A stretch of DNA of 62,417 bases, the filler included, from Babesia bigemina (lineage: Eukaryota), in the NCBI RefSeq assembly GCF_000981445.1. It is 10 parts of 10 records of this genome, joined end to end, with 100 filler letters (N's around TTAATTAATTAA, not from the genome) between each part and the next. Parts side by side here need not be neighbours in the genome. Positions count along the whole stretch, not along the records: positions 55,729 to 62,417 come from NW_012237101.1; 9 more parts are not named here. The stretch is one strand, 5' to 3'. The position numbers and the translations under genes were made by a program. Below the pieces are notes generated by a model. It worked only from the letters and a program-made list of their open reading frames with translations. It made no database searches and had not been told where the DNA came from. Of the stretch, positions 60,489 to 62,417 are shown one piece after another; the stretch's first letter is position 1, and every line of letters starts with the position of its first letter.

Positions 60489-62062
60489 GTGCTGACCAAC
60501 GTGCTGACCAATGTGTTAACCAATGCCATGACCAGAGTGCTGACCAATGTGTTAACCAATGCCATGACCAGAGTGCTGACCAATGTGCTGACCAATGTGT
60601 TGACCAAGGTGTTGACCAATGTGCTGACCGATGTGCTGACCAACGTGCTGACCAAGGTGCTGACCAAGGTGCTGACCAAGGTGCTGACCAAGTTGATGGT
60701 CACGGCAGCGATGACATGGTCACGGCAGCGATGACATGGTCACGGCAGCGATGACATGGTCACGGCAGCGATGACATGGACACAAGTGGTGATTATTATC
60801 CACTCTACATCGCCCCTTTATCCACTCTACATCGCTCCTTTACCCACTCTACATCGCCCCTTAACCCACTCCACATCGCTCCTTAACCCACTCCACATCG
60901 CTCCTTTATCCACTCTACATCGCTCCTTAACCCACTCTCCATCGCCCCTTTATCCACTCTACATCGCTCCCTTATCCACTCTACATCGCTCCCTAACCCA
61001 CTCTACATCGCTCCCTAACCCACTCTACACCGCCCCTTAACCCACTCCACATCGTCCTTTCACCTCCTCTAATCGCCCCTTTATCCACTCTACATCGCCC
61101 CTTAACCCACTCCACATCGCTCCTTGACCCACTCTACATCGCCCCTTAATCCACTCCACATCGCCCCTTAACCCACTCTACATCGCTCCTTAATCCACTC
61201 TACATCGCCCCTTAACCCACTCTACATCGCCCCTTAACCCACTCCACATCGCCCCTTAACCCACTCTACATCGCTCCCTAACCCACTCTACATCGCCCCT
61301 TAACCCACTCTACATCGCTCCTTAACCCACTCTACATCGCTCCCTAACCCACTCTACATCGCTCCTTAACCCACTCTACATCGCTCCCTAACCCACCTTA
61401 CATCGCCCCTTTACCCACTCTACATCGCTCCTCTATCCACTCTACATCGCTCCCTAATCCACTCCACATCGCTCCTTAACCCACTCTACATCGCCCCTTA
61501 ACCCACTCTACATCGCCCCTTTATCCACTCTACATCGCTCCCTAACGCACTCTACATCGCCCCTTTCTCCACTCTACATCGCTCCTTAACCCACTCCACA
61601 TCGCCCCTTATCCACTCCACATCGCCCCTTTACCCACTCTACATCGCCCCTTTATGCACTCTACATCGCTCCTTTATCCACTCCACATCGCCCCTTTATC
61701 CACTCCACATCGCCCCTTAACCCACTCTACATCGCCCCTTAATCCACTCTACATCGCCCCTTTGTCCACTCTACATAGCCCCTTTATCCACTCTACATCG
61801 CCCCTTAACCCACTCTACATCGCTCCCTTATCCACTCCACATCGCTCCCTAACCCACTCTACATCGCCCCTTAACCCACTCTACATCGCCCCTTTACCCA
61901 CTCTACATCGCCCCTTTACCCACTCTACATCGCCCCTTACCCACTCTACATCGCTCCCTTATCCACTCTACATCGCTCCTCTATCCACTCTACATCGCTC
62001 CCTAACCCACTCCACATCGCTCCTCTATCCACTCCACATCGCTCCCTTATCCACTCTACATC
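60489..62062 (+). repeat. Tri-satellite spacer (12-bp 60489-60692, 20-bp 60697-60784, 22-bp 60797-62062)
   Basis: Same units and order as the other spacers. Confidence 0.95.
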
Positions 62063-62090
62063 CCTTGAATCACCTCGCCATAATACCGCT

Positions 62091-62417
62091 ATGACCTCTA
62101 TCCACCATGACAATAACTTCTGCCTTGTCACCCTTCACCTCCCTTCTTCCACCTCTTGCCACTGCCCTGACCATGTGCCGCCTAGGGAGCTTGACAAGAA
62201 ATTTGACAAAATTTAAAACCCTAAAAACACCTCAAATAACAACCCTACTAACATCCTTGATAACCTCTGTTCCGGCCTCGAAACTTTCCTCGGCTTCAAC
62301 TCTGATTCCAAAGGCTACACTGGCCAGGGGATTGTGTACTCTGACTTGGATAGGCTTGTGATGCAGTGATGGGATTTTTTATCAGGGCTTAACGACTCAG
62401 CAGACGAATCTTAATCC
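62091..62417 (+). CDS. ves1: Start of next ves-like gene; in-frame TAA at 62214-62216; cut by window end
   Basis: MTSIHHDNNFCLVTLHL...KKFDKI*NPKNTSNNNPTNILDNLCSGLETFLGFN...VYSDLDRL. Confidence 0.7.

Noticed and set aside
60461..62094. Repeat-derived ORFs (LTNV, VSTL, HSTSPL, CHRCRD; also the 24-mer ATRQSAKL at 56733-57239 and 43984-44349)
   Set aside because: Satellite read-through with no consistent start or frame between copies. The 12- and 24-mers are triplet-length, so coding is not formally excluded.

Overview
Eukaryotic, not prokaryotic. The window is ten unplaced contigs joined by artificial N..TTAATTAATTAA..N linkers. The organism is inferred to be a Babesia sensu stricto (B. bigemina/B. 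ovata-like), based on VESA1-type motifs, 33-36 nt introns and GGGTTT(T)A telomere repeats. Most contigs hold head-to-tail variant erythrocyte surface antigen (ves-like) genes or fragments. These are separated by a fixed-order spacer (12-bp, then 20-bp, then 22-bp satellite) followed by a conserved ATG leader. In 6 of 7 visible leaders the ATG is uncoupled from the ves frame: four share the same in-frame TAA at codon 42 and two are frameshifted. Also present are a small Cys-rich single-TM gene family preceded by tandem micro-intron/micro-exon repeats and followed by spare TM-tail cassettes, mosaic ves genes, a telomere with a layered subtelomeric satellite, and a 5.8-kb stop-free Pro/Gln repeat frame missed by the ORF track. 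Adjacency across linkers is not real, and contig ends are low quality.
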